Numbered from the stretch's first letter, positions 11,880 through 27,507 are shown. The stretch is DNA of 64,000 nucleotides from Octopus vulgaris (GCA_951406725.2 OX597817.1:60884001-60948000), one strand, 5' to 3'. The notes: generated by a model from the sequence alone, not told the origin. Numbers and translations: made by a program.

Positions 11880-12095
11880 ATAGATTCGTGTTTGTGTTTG
11901 TCACCCACCATCGCTTGACAACCGGTACTGGTTTATTTACTTTCCTGTGACTTAGCAGTTCACCATAAGAAAGCCGACAGGAAAAGTACCAGCCTTAAAA
12001 ATAAGTACAGGGGTTTATTATTTCGACTAAATTGTTCAGGGCGGTGCTCCAGCAGGGACTCAGCGCCATGGCTTAAACGAGAAAAAGATTAAAAA
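11880..12095 (+). mobile_element. SINE family A 3' half
   Basis: catcgcttgacaaccgg, gacttagcag, ggcggtgctccagca. Confidence 0.7.
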
Positions 12096-12581
12096 AATAT
12101 AAGCAATAAAACAGATCAGGGATGGAATAAATATTCATGAAGTCCGTTTGTAAACACGTCGATGGAAAGAACAACAAAACCAACAAAACAAAAGAAGAAA
12201 ACCGGTGCATTTAACAGTCGGACGCGTACGATTGATATTATTTATCAAGTAACATGTTTAAAGAGATATAGACACGAAAACAGCTCGATACATTGGCGAT
12301 GAGAACAATACAAACACCGACACTGCTCAGATATATGTGCGTATGTATGTATGTATGTATGTGCATGTGTATGTATGTATGCTATACATGTATAACAGTT
12401 AACAAACATGAATTATAATACCAAGAAAGGATACATTTCAGTGTCCTTAAGAATGTATATATGTATGTATGCATGTACGTATGTATATATGTATGTATGC
12501 ATGCATGCATGTATGTATGCATGTATGTATGTATGCATGCTTGCATGTATGTGTGTGTGTGTATGTATGCATGTATGCATA

Positions 12582-12672
<91 letters not shown>

Positions 12673-12725
12673 TTGTGTACCTATATGAGTTCCTTTCACT
12701 CGAACAACACACCAATACACATGCA

Positions 12726-12798
12726 GGTATCTTATAGCTCAGTGGTAGAGCATTCGACTGTAGATTTAGGGACCCTGAGTTCGAATCCAGAAATACCC
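12726..12798 (+). pseudogene. tRNA-Cys-derived pseudogene with anticodon read as GTA
   Basis: TATAGCTCAGTGGTAGAGCATTCGACTGTAGA...CCCTGAGTTCGAATCCAG follows the metazoan tRNA-Cys pattern (..TATAGCTCAGTGGTAGAGCATT.GACTGCAGATC..). Anticodon stem 3' side and acceptor stem are imperfect. Confidence 0.7.
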
Positions 12799-13014
12799 TC
12801 TACATATTCGTCGAAGTGTTTGACATTATAAAGAGCAACCATGCCTCCAAGAACGACAGAGGAAACGTTGCATCTTGTGTCCTGACCCACCAAAGAGGGC
12901 AGTAAAACCAATTGAAGGCTGACTTGGATCCCCGTGACCCGCTTAACCCGTTTGGGAACAGTAGGTGTAAAATGAGGGCGACAATGATGATTACGATGAC
13001 GATGATGTTAGTGA

Positions 13015-13046
<32 letters not shown>

Positions 13047-15571
13047 TCACTCACCACCACAAACCACCACCACCACCACCACCACCACCACCACGATCAT
13101 CACCACAAATACAAATACGCATACCTTCATGCATTCTTTCATATATATATCCACCACACATACGCAAGCAAATACAGCTAACAAAAGTTCATTGTACTAT
13201 GAAATATTTTTCGCGTATTTTAGCTTTCCATCTCCAACTTCACCGCCTCTGTGTGAGTGTGTGTATGTGTGTGTGTGTGTGAACGTTTGTATCTGTGAGT
13301 GAGTTGTGCTTGCGGATCATTGTGTTTTCCTGTATAGTTCGTAAAATTTAAAACAGACTAACAGGTTAAAATCAGTTTGTGTTTACGTATGTATTATATG
13401 TATTTATGTGCGTGCATGTATGTATATATGTCTGTCTCTGTACGAGATATGCATATGCATTGATGTATGGATGTATGCAGCAAATAGTATGTAGGCTTGC
13501 GTATATATGTCTACGCAGGAATGTACCAGGATGCTTCCGCTCATATGTTTTAAAAGATATGCATGCATAGATGTATATAACGTCTGTCTGTCTGCATCTG
13601 TTGATGAGTTGATGCACGTGTGTTTATGTATACATATATTTAGATTCCAAGTCAGCTGCTTGTTGCTGTTGGTGTTATTGTAAACAGTTTATTGAAAAGA
13701 TTTACACATATACACATGTATATATGTATACATATATATGTGTATATATGTATGTGTATTTATACAAATATATATATATGTATACACACACACACATGTA
13801 CTGGTATGTATACATATGGATGGGCTGAAATTTTTTGTAGAGTAACGCTGTATAGTGTAGAATAGTGAAGAGGTGTATAGTATTCCCTGTGATAGAAAAG
13901 TGTGTTGATTATTGTGCAATTAAAGCTAAAATCTGTCTTGAGGTTGGTTAAGCGGGAGCTTCTTCCACTTTCCGAGCGGTATAAATCATTAAGTTTGCAA
14001 AAAGCCCCACCTGGACGGGATGCCAGACTACCCATCTTCACTGTGTTGTTGTGTCGTGCAATGATGTGTATTGGAGTGTAATCTGGAGTAGATATATGGT
14101 GGTGGTGGTGGTGGTGATGGATGTTGGTGGTGATCTGTGTTTTTGACGAATGAACGCTCTGCAAGACTCAGCTGCACGCTGTAAGACTGTGGAAGCGACC
14201 ATCACCTCTGGTCCTCTGAATGTAGGATCAAAGATGAAGTCATCCAGTAGCAGTCACTACCTGTTCCCGTCACCTTTTCCGCTGGACTTACGAATAAAGC
14301 GTGATGGCATTGCTGTTGGGGATCTTGGTTTGCTAAACAAGCCTTACGTTAGATATTATTGTGGTGAGCAGGGTTTGTGCAGAACCAGTTCCACCATCTC
14401 GCCCTTCAAAGTTGTGTTGGTCTGGTACAACAAGTGCCATGAGCCGAGTAGTTAACCGGATGCAGGATTTGTATAGACCTGCCCTCATTGCTTTGAAGTA
14501 TTGGTAAGTGAACTTTTTCCGGAGGCAATGCCATTACTCCGGGTCAGTATGGACTCCGCGGACAATAGTAGTTCCCTGCAGAGTGTAGTATAGTTGTGCT
14601 GTTGGTATAAGGGTTCAGTTCCAATTAAGGTCTAATTGAGAAGACCTATGATGAAGACCAACACTTCCTGATAGTAAATAATGTTTAGGGAGGTCAGTAC
14701 ACATGGGACCACAAGATGGTGGGGGTGGGGCTTTGAAGCTAGTGGAGGTGGGAAGAGAGGAAGGAAACCCCAGACTGAAGATCTGCGGCCCGAATAACTC
14801 CACTACAGATGCTCAAGGTCGAGTTTGTGGGGTTAAACCAGATGAGACGGTTTTTTGCTCACAAGAAAACCAGGTCAAAAACTGAACTCATGACACAACA
14901 AATCGGAATAAACACCCCAAAAATTCTGTCCGATTCTGTAATAGATCTCCCTAATACGATCCAGAGTCAAGTCTCTCTCTTTCTCCACATACATACATAC
15001 ATACATACATACATACATACATACATACATACATACATACATACATACATACATACATACAACACACACATACATACATGCATACATATGCATACATACA
15101 TAGATATATAGTGGTATGTACATATATGTGTATATGTATATAAGCACACACACACACACATACTCACATGTACACACGCACACATCTGCTGTGTACTATG
15201 AGCCGTAATGCCCTCTAGTGTTGAATGATTCATCTCAAAAGTGCAAACCACAGCGAAGTATAAATATTTGGACAACTCCCAGCGTCTTCATGCCTGAAAT
15301 AGATGTTAAACTTAAGGACACCAAAGTCAAAACCTTAATACAATACGACGCTAATATCCCCGTAGTGGCTGTTGAACCTGTGTTTGTCTTTTATATGTTT
15401 TGTCATCTCCACTCCATCCGCCGTACAACTTTAATATTCTATCCTTCTGGCACGACATGAAGGGACGAATGATATTGGAGTCTCAGGACACAAGATGGGA
15501 TAACTACAATTACGATAACGGTACCCGGCCCCAGAAAACTAATGGTGAGAAGCAGAACAAAAACATTACAG

Positions 15572-15672
<101 letters not shown>

Positions 15673-16128
15673 TACACACACACACATACACACACACACA
15701 CACACACACTATATATATATATATATGTATATCGATGAAGATTGAGGCCAAGATCGACAGTTTGAAAGGAATTTAAGACAGAAGAGACTTTTAGACGCAA
15801 AAGAAACTTATTTTCCATAATTTTTCTTCGAAGCTCACTTATTTAGATGGCGCACAACTTTTAAGAGTAGTTTATATAAACATTCACTGCGTCTCAGGAG
15901 TAATGAGTGATTGATATTCATTTTGTTTGAAATGCTACTACAACTTACAAACTATATGTGTCTCTATATGTATATATGATAGTATGTGTTTGTGTGTGTG
16001 TGTGTGCGTGTGTGCGCGTGCACGGGTTGTATGTATGTATACACGTATATGTGTATGTAGCTATGTTAGCATGTGTTGTGAATATATATGTATATGTATA
16101 TACACATATATACACATATATACACACT

Positions 16129-16230
16129 CATAAATCTAGAAATGCTAGGAAAAACTTACCTCTTATATCTTTCGATGTCGCTTGATCGAATATATAAGAG
16201 GTAAGTTTTTCTAGCATTTCAAGATTTATG
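16129..16230. repeat. near-perfect inverted repeat, about 40-bp arms
   Basis: cataaatctagaaatgctaggaaaaacttacctcttatat / atataagaggtaagtttttctagcatttcaagatttatg; one mismatch and one indel. Confidence 0.9.
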
Positions 16231-16452
16231 GGAAATATTATGTTGATAAGGAAACGATCGTCCATAATTAATCCAGTAGACTGTGTGTTTTTGTTGTTTT
16301 CCTTTCTTCTTTTACCATATATGAGTTACAAATACTGTTGTTTGTGGAGACTTCTTTTTTGTAGTAATAGTAATAGTAGCCCTTTTACTGCTATTTCTAA
16401 TATTTTCGGTATGTGGTTTAAGCAACTTGTTGCAAAAAACCCTTATTATAAT

Positions 16453-16485
<33 letters not shown>

Positions 16486-16510
16486 ATATATGTATATATA
16501 TGTGTATATA

Positions 16511-16577
<67 letters not shown>

Positions 16578-16723
16578 ATATATGTGTATATATATATGTA
16601 TATATATATATATATATGCATAGATGCATACATACTTGCATATATATGTATATATACATTTGTATGTTCGTGTGTACTTAGTGTAAAATATGTGTGAGTG
16701 CATGCAAGCATGAATCTGTTTAT

Positions 16724-16761
<38 letters not shown>

Positions 16762-16845
16762 TGCGATCTGTTTACTGACAAAGCAAGGTAAATATGTTTC
16801 TGTGCTTCATATATTTAAACTCTCTCTCTCTCTCTCTACACACAT

Positions 16846-16923
<78 letters not shown>

Positions 16924-17419
16924 GTCCGCATGAGTGTTATAATATGTGCGTGTATATCTTGCCTGAATGGGAACGTATCTATGCCTATAGGTGTGTATAT
17001 ACGTAGGTAGTGTGTGTGTGTGTGCGTGTGTGTGTGTGAATCGCTTAACTGATAGTGTTACTGCAGTTTATCACTTCGGCTACACCTACAACCCGACGAG
17101 CCTCCACCCCCACAATCGTTATCGCCGACTACCCCCTCCACCACTGAAACCACCACCACCACCACCACCACCACCGCCACCATCACAGCTGTTGTCTGCC
17201 CCGTCTTTTGCTCTCATTTTACTGTTTATATCTCTTCCATTCTCCCTTTATTCTTCTCTCCCCTCTCTCCCCCGCTCCTATCTCCCCCGCTCCTATCTCC
17301 CCACTTCTCTCCTCCCCCTTTCTCTCTCTCTCTCACTCTTCCTCTCTTGCAACTATTTCTCTTTATCTTTCACGCCGTCTTTTCTCTCAAATGATAACTT
17401 GCTTTGCAACAGCGAGAGG

Positions 17420-17476
<57 letters not shown>

Positions 17477-17566
17477 AGTTCTAAACAAAGAATTTAAAGG
17501 ATTGCACCTCACAAGTAACAATCACACACACACACACACACAAATATATATATGGCATCATCATCA

Positions 17567-17621
<55 letters not shown>

Positions 17622-17629
17622 CATTATTA

Positions 17630-17770
17630 TTAAATTCCGCTGAGGTCAACTTTACCTTTCATTCTTTCGGGGTCAATAAAATAAATACCATCTGAATACT
17701 GCGGTTGATTTAATCGACTCATACCCCTCCCCCAAAATGGCTGCCCTTGTTTCAAAATTTGAAACTATTA
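17630..17770 (+). mobile_element. SINE family B 3' fragment between (ATT)n tracts
   Basis: aaattccgctgaggtcaactttacctttcattctttcggggtcaataaa. Confidence 0.75.
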
Positions 17771-17824
<54 letters not shown>

Positions 17825-18159
17825 CGAATTCTGCCGAGGTCGATAAGAACATTGTGATAACGGGACGAAGGAAATATAGTGAGAAGAAGGAAAGAGAAAC
17901 TTCGAGAAACTGGAGTTTTCGATAAACAAAAACTCCATTGAATTGTTTTGTTATCTCCCAGGAGGGTCATTGTGTCAATAGTAAACAAACGCACTGGCTC
18001 ACTGTATCCTGGGATACGATAGAATATGTTTCAATATGCAAGTTTATATCAAGAACCTTCCGAATCGAGTACAAAAACGAAATGTTTTAAGGTGTTTAGA
18101 ATCTAAAATTAAAAATCAAGGGAGATCACTCCAATAAGATCAGTTGATTGCAATTGGGT

Positions 18160-18790
18160 GTAGGCGAAGTGCGGAGAGGGGCACAAAAGGAAAGTGTAGC
18201 AGGGGAGTGAATTTTCATTCTTTGGCCTTTTATTGATTTAAGTTTTTGTGATTGCGGCCACACTGGAGCATCACCTTCAAACGTTTCGTTGAACAAATCG
18301 CCCCAGTAGTTAATTTTAAGTTTGGTATTTTTTTTTGTATCGAGGAATCTTGGGGAAAATAAAGAAAAAGGAAAGAAAAGAAAAAGAATTAAGAAACACT
18401 GGAGCGAATTTTCATTATCTATATTTTCGAAATTTCAGTTAATTAATTCTATTTAGGTTCTCACACTACTTGTTGTTTTTAGATCTCAAATACCCTTCAA
18501 GAGGGACCGGCTATCAACTAATTGCCCAGATTATCTCGGTTAATCGAAAATTTTCAAATTTACTATGCTACATGGGAGAGGCTAGCATCTGTGTATTTAG
18601 TGTGCAGAAGGCACCCCTTGGGTAATTTTCAGTAGCCATTTTGTTGATATTGAGATACGCATTTGGGTGGGGGTAGGTAGAGGTATCAGACCAGTGAAGA
18701 GGGGGTAGGAGTAAGTCATAGTGACATACATACACGTATGGTTAAACACCACAGATGGCCTGATAGCCGTCCCCTTTCCACTACGCCTAC
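18160..18790. mobile_element. possible MITE/non-autonomous DNA transposon with degenerate terminal inverted repeats
   Basis: Left gtaggcgaagtgcggagagggg versus the reverse complement of the right end gtaggcgtagtggaaagggg. A SINE A fragment is nested at about 18225-18330. Confidence 0.35.
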
Positions 18791-19563
18791 CTTCGTCTTT
18801 TTATACATACATTTCTATACGCATTCATACTTGTATATAGATTCACATAAACGGTTATATATGTGCATACATATATTATATACATATACACACACTCAGA
18901 CAGGCACACACACACAAATATCTATCTATCTCTTTATATTTATGTGTGTGTGTGTATCTTTGTGCCTGTATTTGTCTCCCACCATCACCTGACGATTGGT
19001 GTTGGTGTGTTTACGTCCCCGTTACTTAGCCGTTCGACAAACAAGGCGGAAAGACAAATTCATTCGGCAAAACAAAGGCGGTGTCACAGTATGGCTGCAG
19101 TCCAGCGACTGAAGCAAGTAAAAACTAAATGGTGCAGTCTACGTACAAGTGTATGAGTGTGTGCGTGCGTATGTGTATGTGAGTGTGCTTCTGTGTGTAT
19201 GTGTGTGTGTGTGCGTGTGTGTTCGTGCGTGTGTATTCGTGTGTGTGTGTGTTTGTATGTGTTCGTGTGTGTGTGTGTGTGCGCGTGTGTGTTCGTGTGT
19301 GTGTGTGCGTCTAAATCTAAGACTATCGGAAGGACGGCATGGACAGGACATATTTTAAGGGTCATAATAATATATGAAAACATAGATTAAATTACCACCA
19401 CTACCACCACCACCTAGTAGTAGTAGTAGTAGTAGCAGCAGCAGGAGAGTATCCCTGCTGCTAATTCTACTAAATGTTGTGTATATGTATGTTTGTATGT
19501 AAATATGCATGTAAGCATGCATATATGTGTGTAAATATGAATGTATGTATGTAAATATGCATG

Positions 19564-19628
<65 letters not shown>

Positions 19629-19710
19629 ATGTATCAAGAAGTCTTTATTCCTTATATATACACGGATATATATATATATAGTGTGACTTATATATATAGA
19701 ATATATATAT

Positions 19711-19758
<48 letters not shown>

Positions 19759-20476
19759 CATGATCCTCAGTCAGAAGCCGACTGTTCTCGTTGCTGGACG
19801 TGTCTGCTCCTCATTTCATTATTTTTTTTAGCGCCGCATCAACTAATTACCAACATTTTTGTTACCGTTAGTAACGTTATATAGGATCAATAATATGAAA
19901 GGCGCATACGGGCACGGATATATATAACTACACACACAAACACAGACACATATACATGTACAAACATATATACATGCTTGCGTATATATATATATACACA
20001 CACACGAACATATGCATATATGAATACTTGCATAAATATTCATACACACGTACATACATACATACATACATACATATATAAATATATATACATACATTCA
20101 TCTGTATACATGTATACTCGTGTATATATGAATATATGTATGTGTGTACGTCTTCATGTATATATATATATATATATATATGGGTATATGTATATTTATA
20201 TATTCATGCATGTCTACACAACAATTTGCATTATATAAATCAATAATTGGTTATGACGCATGACAGGTTACAGTGGCAGAGGAGCAGAGAACGCACCTGT
20301 TTGTTGGCTATGACACACATCAAGTCTTATGCAAATACGACATACATACATACATACATACATATATGCATCCGTACGTACATACATATGTATATCTATC
20401 TATTTGTCTGTCTGTCTCTCTGCCTACTCATCCATCCATCCATCCATCCATCCACCCAGCCATCCATCTATCCATC

Positions 20477-20572
<96 letters not shown>

Positions 20573-20597
20573 TGTATGTATATATATAAATATGTAT

Positions 20598-20704
<107 letters not shown>

Positions 20705-21334
20705 AGGTAGCCCTTGGTTACCTCATTGTCTTTGCTGATAATCCTAGAGGCGTTATATTGACACGCATGTGTGTGTGTGTGTGTGTTTTCATAGAAACGC
20801 GCACGCACACACATGTATATATATATATATATATCATACATATGAAGTATTGCAACTATGAACCTGATGTGTAGCCTACATTTGAATACTCTACAAACAT
20901 ATTGCTGTTCTGTCTGTCAGTCTTTCTCTTTCGCTCTCTCTCTCTCTCTCTGTTTCTCTCTCTAATACACACAAGCTCTCAACGCTTCTGACTTCTCATC
21001 GACTATTTACCAAGTTCTCTTTTTCCCAGCTTACCTGTCTCCTATAACTGCGATGGCTTCTGTTTCCCCTCATCTGTCTAGCAGCACTGCCCTCTCTTTT
21101 CCAACCTCATTTCCATTTCTCTCTTGTTTTTCCTTTCTCTGTCAAATGCACTAATTGGTGCACTTAACCACTGGAAAAAGAAAAAAATCTCCTACCCAGA
21201 TGTGCAGCCTTGTTAAATTACCCTCCAGACCTTCATCACTTCATTCCTATACAAATACCCATGTGTCTTTGTGTGTGTGTGTACATGCGAGTGTGTGTGT
21301 GTGTACGCATGTGTGCGTGTGTTTGTGTGTGTAC

Positions 21335-21400
<66 letters not shown>

Positions 21401-21736
21401 GTGCGTGTGTGTGTGTATGTGTGTGTGTATGTGTGTATATGTGTATGTGTGTGTGTCTGTGTGTGTCTGTGTGTGTGTATGTATGTATATCGTTGCTATT
21501 ATGGAAAAAGTGTCAACACTCCAAAACGTTGCTTTTTCAGAAAACGAAAAGGTAGTTTCTTCATTCCGTTTCTTTTTACATTAACAAGACCGTTGTATTG
21601 CATTTTGACAATTTTCGTATCTTGGCATCCGAAGTAGCTGGAGATACGATAGTTTGACTAAAAGAACCGGCTATTGCAAGCAAAAATAAATATTGGAAAA
21701 AAACTAATTTGGCCAACTTTGGACATACGACATACG

Positions 21737-21845
21737 ACTTGAAGTCGGTGTTGACAGAAATTAAATCAGTTTGCAAATACACGTTCACTTTACTAAATTT
21801 ATACACGGGCTAAGCCCGAACAGCTTGAGTGCCGGGGTCGCCACT
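21737..21845 (+). mobile_element. DNA-transposon-like terminus with GC hairpins, abutting TA; second copy at 54953-55061
   Basis: About 109 nt nearly identical to 54953-55061, with gggctaagccc and agtg.cg....cg.cact hairpins. Confidence 0.7.
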
Positions 21846-22369
21846 GATATATATTATATATATCCATAAACATGAAAAAATATACATTACGTACAGGACA
21901 TCACCAACGACCGAAAAATACGTAAACACATAACGTGAGACAAGTACGAGACAAAATACCAAAAGAAGTCTCCGCCTCAATTGTCGACCTGTTGCGTGCA
22001 ACAAGACAGGAAGATTTCATAAAACAGCAGCATCCAGAAATTTTAGAAATATAAAATTTGTGGAGAGTTAGGACTTCGAACGAACAAACGATACATCTGT
22101 GTGGACGAAGACAACCGTTTAGGACTGTGAAGCCAAGACGAATTGTAATGGGTAACGGCTGGGAGACATTTTGAAAGGGTGTAGAATAAATAGAAGAGAA
22201 AAAAAGATATCGAGAGGCGAGAGAAATGACGTCCAGCTAGTGGACATCCCGTCCAGAAAAGACAGAAAGACAAGAAAAATGGCTTGTAGTCACATGTGAG
22301 CAGCAGGCAGAGGGGAAAGGGGACAAGAGAGAGGATGAGTGAAAGAAATAAAGGGAGTGAGGAGTATGG

Positions 22370-22429
<60 letters not shown>

Positions 22430-23359
22430 GCATACATACATGCACACACACACACGCACACACACACACACACACAATACTGTAGAGCTGATATTATTCT
22501 CTTTTATTACTTAGAGTTTTGTGAGCATCGATGTTTTTCGTAATTAATTTCTAGAGTGCACAACCATATCCTATAACAATGCAGATAAGAACGGATGATC
22601 TTTGAAACAAAGAATTAAGAAAAGATTTCAAAAAATCGTGGGAATAATGTATGTATATGTGTTTATGTGGATGTATGTGTGTTTATGTATACATATACAT
22701 GTATGTGTGCTTGTACATGCATGTGTGTGTTTGTATACATAAATACATGTACATATATATATATAGACATGAATGATTTATACATGCGTATAACCGTGTG
22801 CATGTGCTAAGTAGTTGTTCGTGTATGTTTGTTTCTTTGCAATAGACTTACAGGTATGTCAGTTTAGAAAATTCACTTAGCTCTCAGAAAGTGCCCAATT
22901 CGATCCCACGTGGCTGGATCAATATATTGTAATTTAGGGGCTCACCCATGCTGCCTTATGTCCACTTATTTTGCCGAAAAATTACATCAAATGCATGCGT
23001 TTCTGCGGAACATTCAGCCACTTTGCACGCTAAACCAGTGAGCAGACTGTCTGACCAGTTGATGGAACAACTGTATACTCATCCTCAAAACCGACGAAGA
23101 TCCATTGATCAAACAAAAGAAATAGTCTTCGTCGCAACTGACGGTGTATCAATTCTTAAGCATTTACTAATGTCAGAATACATATATGCATTCCGAATTA
23201 AAAATACTTACGATTTATCTTGAACCACCGTGTATCATTTAGCGTAGCCATAGGTTTGTAGGTGCGTGTGGCTGACTAATTACAAACAGAAATACACACA
23301 CACACACACACACAAATATGTGTAAATATATGACATATATAGGTGTGTGTGTGTGTGTG

Positions 23360-23402
<43 letters not shown>

Positions 23403-23834
23403 ATATATGATAGATAGCTAGATAGATAAATGTGTGTGTGTGAATACACATTTGCATATATGCATGCGTGCGAGTGTGTATTGACTGAACACCTTGATGT
23501 CAGTTTAGAAAATAAAAATAGATTGCAAATAAAATATATTACAAAATACAAAACACCAACAACAAGAACAACAACAGCGAAGAAATGAAGTGATAGTGTG
23601 TGAGTGTATGTTGTAGGTGTAACATATGTATCCACTTAGAAGAGGAAAATATTTCTGAAATCTACGATAGAACGGAAATATTACAAAAAGGAAATCGCTT
23701 GAATTAAACACTTCCAATTTGCTAACGCGACTGCGCATGTGTACACATATCTAGAGATATCTTCATATAGGTTGTACACATACATACATATACATACACA
23801 TGTGTATACACATATGTGTAAATGTATATGGATG

Positions 23835-23879
<45 letters not shown>

Positions 23880-24556
23880 ATATACGCATATATATCTATA
23901 TATCACACACATATATGCATGTATATATATATATATATATATATATACATGCAATCACATATATGTATCTATATTCACATATATATACATACATACATAT
24001 ATATACATACACACACACACACACTCACACACTCACACACATACACACACACACACTCACACACAACACATGTGCATCAGAGTATGTGAAGTGCATTGAA
24101 TAGAGGGGGAAAGTCCGACCGATTAAGAGGAGCAGAATTACATTTATTCAAATAGATTGGTTGAGACGCTGCTCGCAGTTTCTTATTTCTCGTTCCCCCC
24201 TATTGTCTTCGAAGTGTTGGTAACTAGGTCACTATTCTCAATTATTCTTACCCCCACTATAATCTCGACTAACTTCTAAATTCTAGTAGGTCCGACACTA
24301 CATTGACTATTCTGCCAAAGATATAACTGTAGAATCAACGTAAGTATTTGAGCTCCGTTGGTGATATGAATATGTCAAAGCAGCTGGTTTGCCCTTTGTG
24401 TGTGAAGTCTATGCTGTCATCTGACGAAAACGGCTTCTTTGCCGTGATGTAATGTTTTCATTAATCAATTAAAGGAGTCGCTTGAAACGGCCATACATCT
24501 TTGTTACTCATATATAGTCACATTTAGTGCCTATTATAATTCACCTTGTATATATA

Positions 24557-24723
<167 letters not shown>

Positions 24724-25331
24724 GGAAGGAGAGCGGGACCAGGTGCAACTGCACTAGCACCTTGTCATTGAAGAGTTCGTGGTTGAACGACCAAAATTTG
24801 TTACACCTCAGGAAATAAATTTGTCTTAATAAAATAGATAGAATACCTCTGACATGATGTAGTTGCTCTCCCTCTCCTCTTTCTCTACCTCTCTCTCTCT
24901 CTACACACACACACACACACACATGTGTATATCACATATCGGAGAAGCTCCTCTCTTGAGAGGGAAAAATGAATATATATTTAAAAATTCTAAAAATATC
25001 CATACATATGCACAGGCATACATGCACATCTTCATGTACATATTTCGTATGTGTGTGTATGTTTACATGTATACATATGTGTGTGTGCGTGCGTGCGTGT
25101 GTCTTACTGTTGTGTTTCTTTAAATATGTGTTTGTGTATGTTTGTGTTTTGGGTGGATCTTTAAAGTATTTAACGAAAGACGCTACACTCGTTAATTTTT
25201 TAAATTGTAATCTGATACATTTAATATCCTCGTTTCTTTTCTAGATGTAATCATTCATTTACATATTAGATCATTAAATAATTCTAATTATATATCAAAT
25301 CTGTATGTGCGTGAATGTGTGTACGTGTGTA

Positions 25332-25374
<43 letters not shown>

Positions 25375-25439
25375 TATTCTTTTTGCCACTCATTGTATTA
25401 AGAAAATGGCGAGCGAAAAGACGTGGGAGTTAAACATTT

Positions 25440-25635
25440 CTCTTTCGTCGTGCTGTGGGCATGACGACCTCTGTAGTACTGGTGTCACAAAAACGTGCTC
25501 TATTAAAGTTGTTGCCTGCAGGCAGGTGCATCGAAACCTAGTCAAGCAGCGTCCACCAAGACGGACTCACTCAAAGTATGGGCATCAGTCCGAGTCATGC
25601 CAAAATGGAAAGTGGACTTAAAATGACGATGACGA
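25440..25635 (+). mobile_element. RTE-related 3' end fragment
   Basis: catgccaaaatggaaagtggacttaaaatgacgatgacg resembles the 39545-39580 terminus. Confidence 0.55.
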
Positions 25636-25646
25636 AGCAACGATGC

Positions 25647-25695
<49 letters not shown>

Positions 25696-25773
25696 TGTGA
25701 GAGAGAGTCGACTTCTAGCATAATGGATGTCCACTTAGTGTTCATCCCTCTTATATGTATGTATGTATGTATG

Positions 25774-25845
<72 letters not shown>

Positions 25846-25987
25846 CCGTGTGTGTGTGTGTGTGCGTGTTATTCTGTTATACCGTTTCTAGTTTGAGCAC
25901 AAGCATACAGATGCTCTTGTATATAAAGCGGCCATACTGGAACAAAGCCGATAGATACCTTTATAATGTGTGTGTGTGTGTATGTGC

Positions 25988-26021
<34 letters not shown>

Positions 26022-26437
26022 GAGTGTTTGTAAGTCTGTGTGTGTACCCATATACACCCATATAGTCACGCACAAACACTTGTATAACTGTTGCTATTTT
26101 GACTCCTTTAATGAGAGATGCAGCTTGCTATACACTCACACACACACACACGTGTATGTGTGGTGTGCATATGCTTACACTATATTATAAACACTAACAT
26201 ACACATATCCCTCTACGTATGTGTTCTATGTGTGTCTATGAGTGTTAAGTTATTCTCAAACATATTCCGTTACGATGTTCGGCTATTGAAATTCCTCGTT
26301 TTTACCTTGGCATTTCATTTTATCGCTTTGAGAAGCTAATATATATCATGTATAGCAACTGTCTGTCTGTTAGTCTCTCCTATATCTCATTCCTTCACTC
26401 TATCTCCACAAGCATACATACATACATACATACATAC

Positions 26438-26514
<77 letters not shown>

Positions 26515-26573
26515 GTACATTTATATAATAAAAAACGATGACAAAAGAATAAATGATTATCGTATGAACATTG

Positions 26574-26648
26574 GCTTACAGCTGTTTCCGCTATAAATAC
26601 GGTGGACTCATAGTTGAGTGCCTGCGTAATACCTTGCTTCATCAGAGC
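26574..26648 (-). ncRNA. minimal type I hammerhead ribozyme motif with long stem II (Penelope-like)
   Basis: The - strand reads GCT CTGATGA agc..[hairpin ACTCA/TGAGT]..gcg GAAA CAGCTG TA AGC: palindromic stem III ACAGCTGT, GTA triplet, stem I GCT/AGC. Confidence 0.65.
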
Positions 26649-26673
26649 TTCATCAGAGCATCAAACATGAATT

Positions 26674-26725
<52 letters not shown>

Positions 26726-27331
26726 ATATATGTAATGTGGGTGGCTAATTCGCAATTTTACAACATAGAGGTAGAAATATATACGTCATTAAAGTGACAA
26801 AAGGCACTGATCTAGCAATATTGGTGCTGACCACTTAGATGATACCAAGAAGGACAGGAAAAAACAAGAACAGGTCATTCGGAACCTTCTATCCTCCGTA
26901 AAGTTCTAAATCATCCGTGCAGTTTCGGCCGGCTACCCCAAGAAAATCTAAGCTAAGAGGACTAGGTTCTTTGGAAGAAAGCAAGCGAATGTATACGAAA
27001 ACAAGGACGAAAAGAAACGGAGAAATGTTACACAATTACAAATACGAACAACAAGACAATAACAATAGTTGTCTTTCGACTAAAACTGAATTTAATTAAG
27101 CTGGCAGGAACATAACTGGTAAGAGTCATGGGAAGGAACATAAGAGATGCTACGCGGATTGAAGTCGAACCAAGAAAGAAAGGTCAGGTTTGGCGGAACA
27201 ATGGTCGCGTAGAAGGAGAGGTAGCGGAACTTATGTATGTGTGTGTATGTATGTATATATATGTATGTATGCATGTATGTATGTATGTATGTATGTATGT
27301 ATGTATGTATGTATGTATGTATGTGTGTATG

Positions 27332-27405
<74 letters not shown>

Positions 27406-27507
27406 TTGATAGATATATATTGATATAAATATAAATATGCATGCACACACACACACACAAAAACACTTCGAAGAATCACAGTAAATGTAACTGAGATTTG
27501 TTTTGTT

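Noticed and set aside
24415-24500. CTGACGA...GAAACGGCCATA hammerhead candidate
   Set aside because: No stem I pairing and the cleavage triplet/stem III is broken; at most a decayed remnant.
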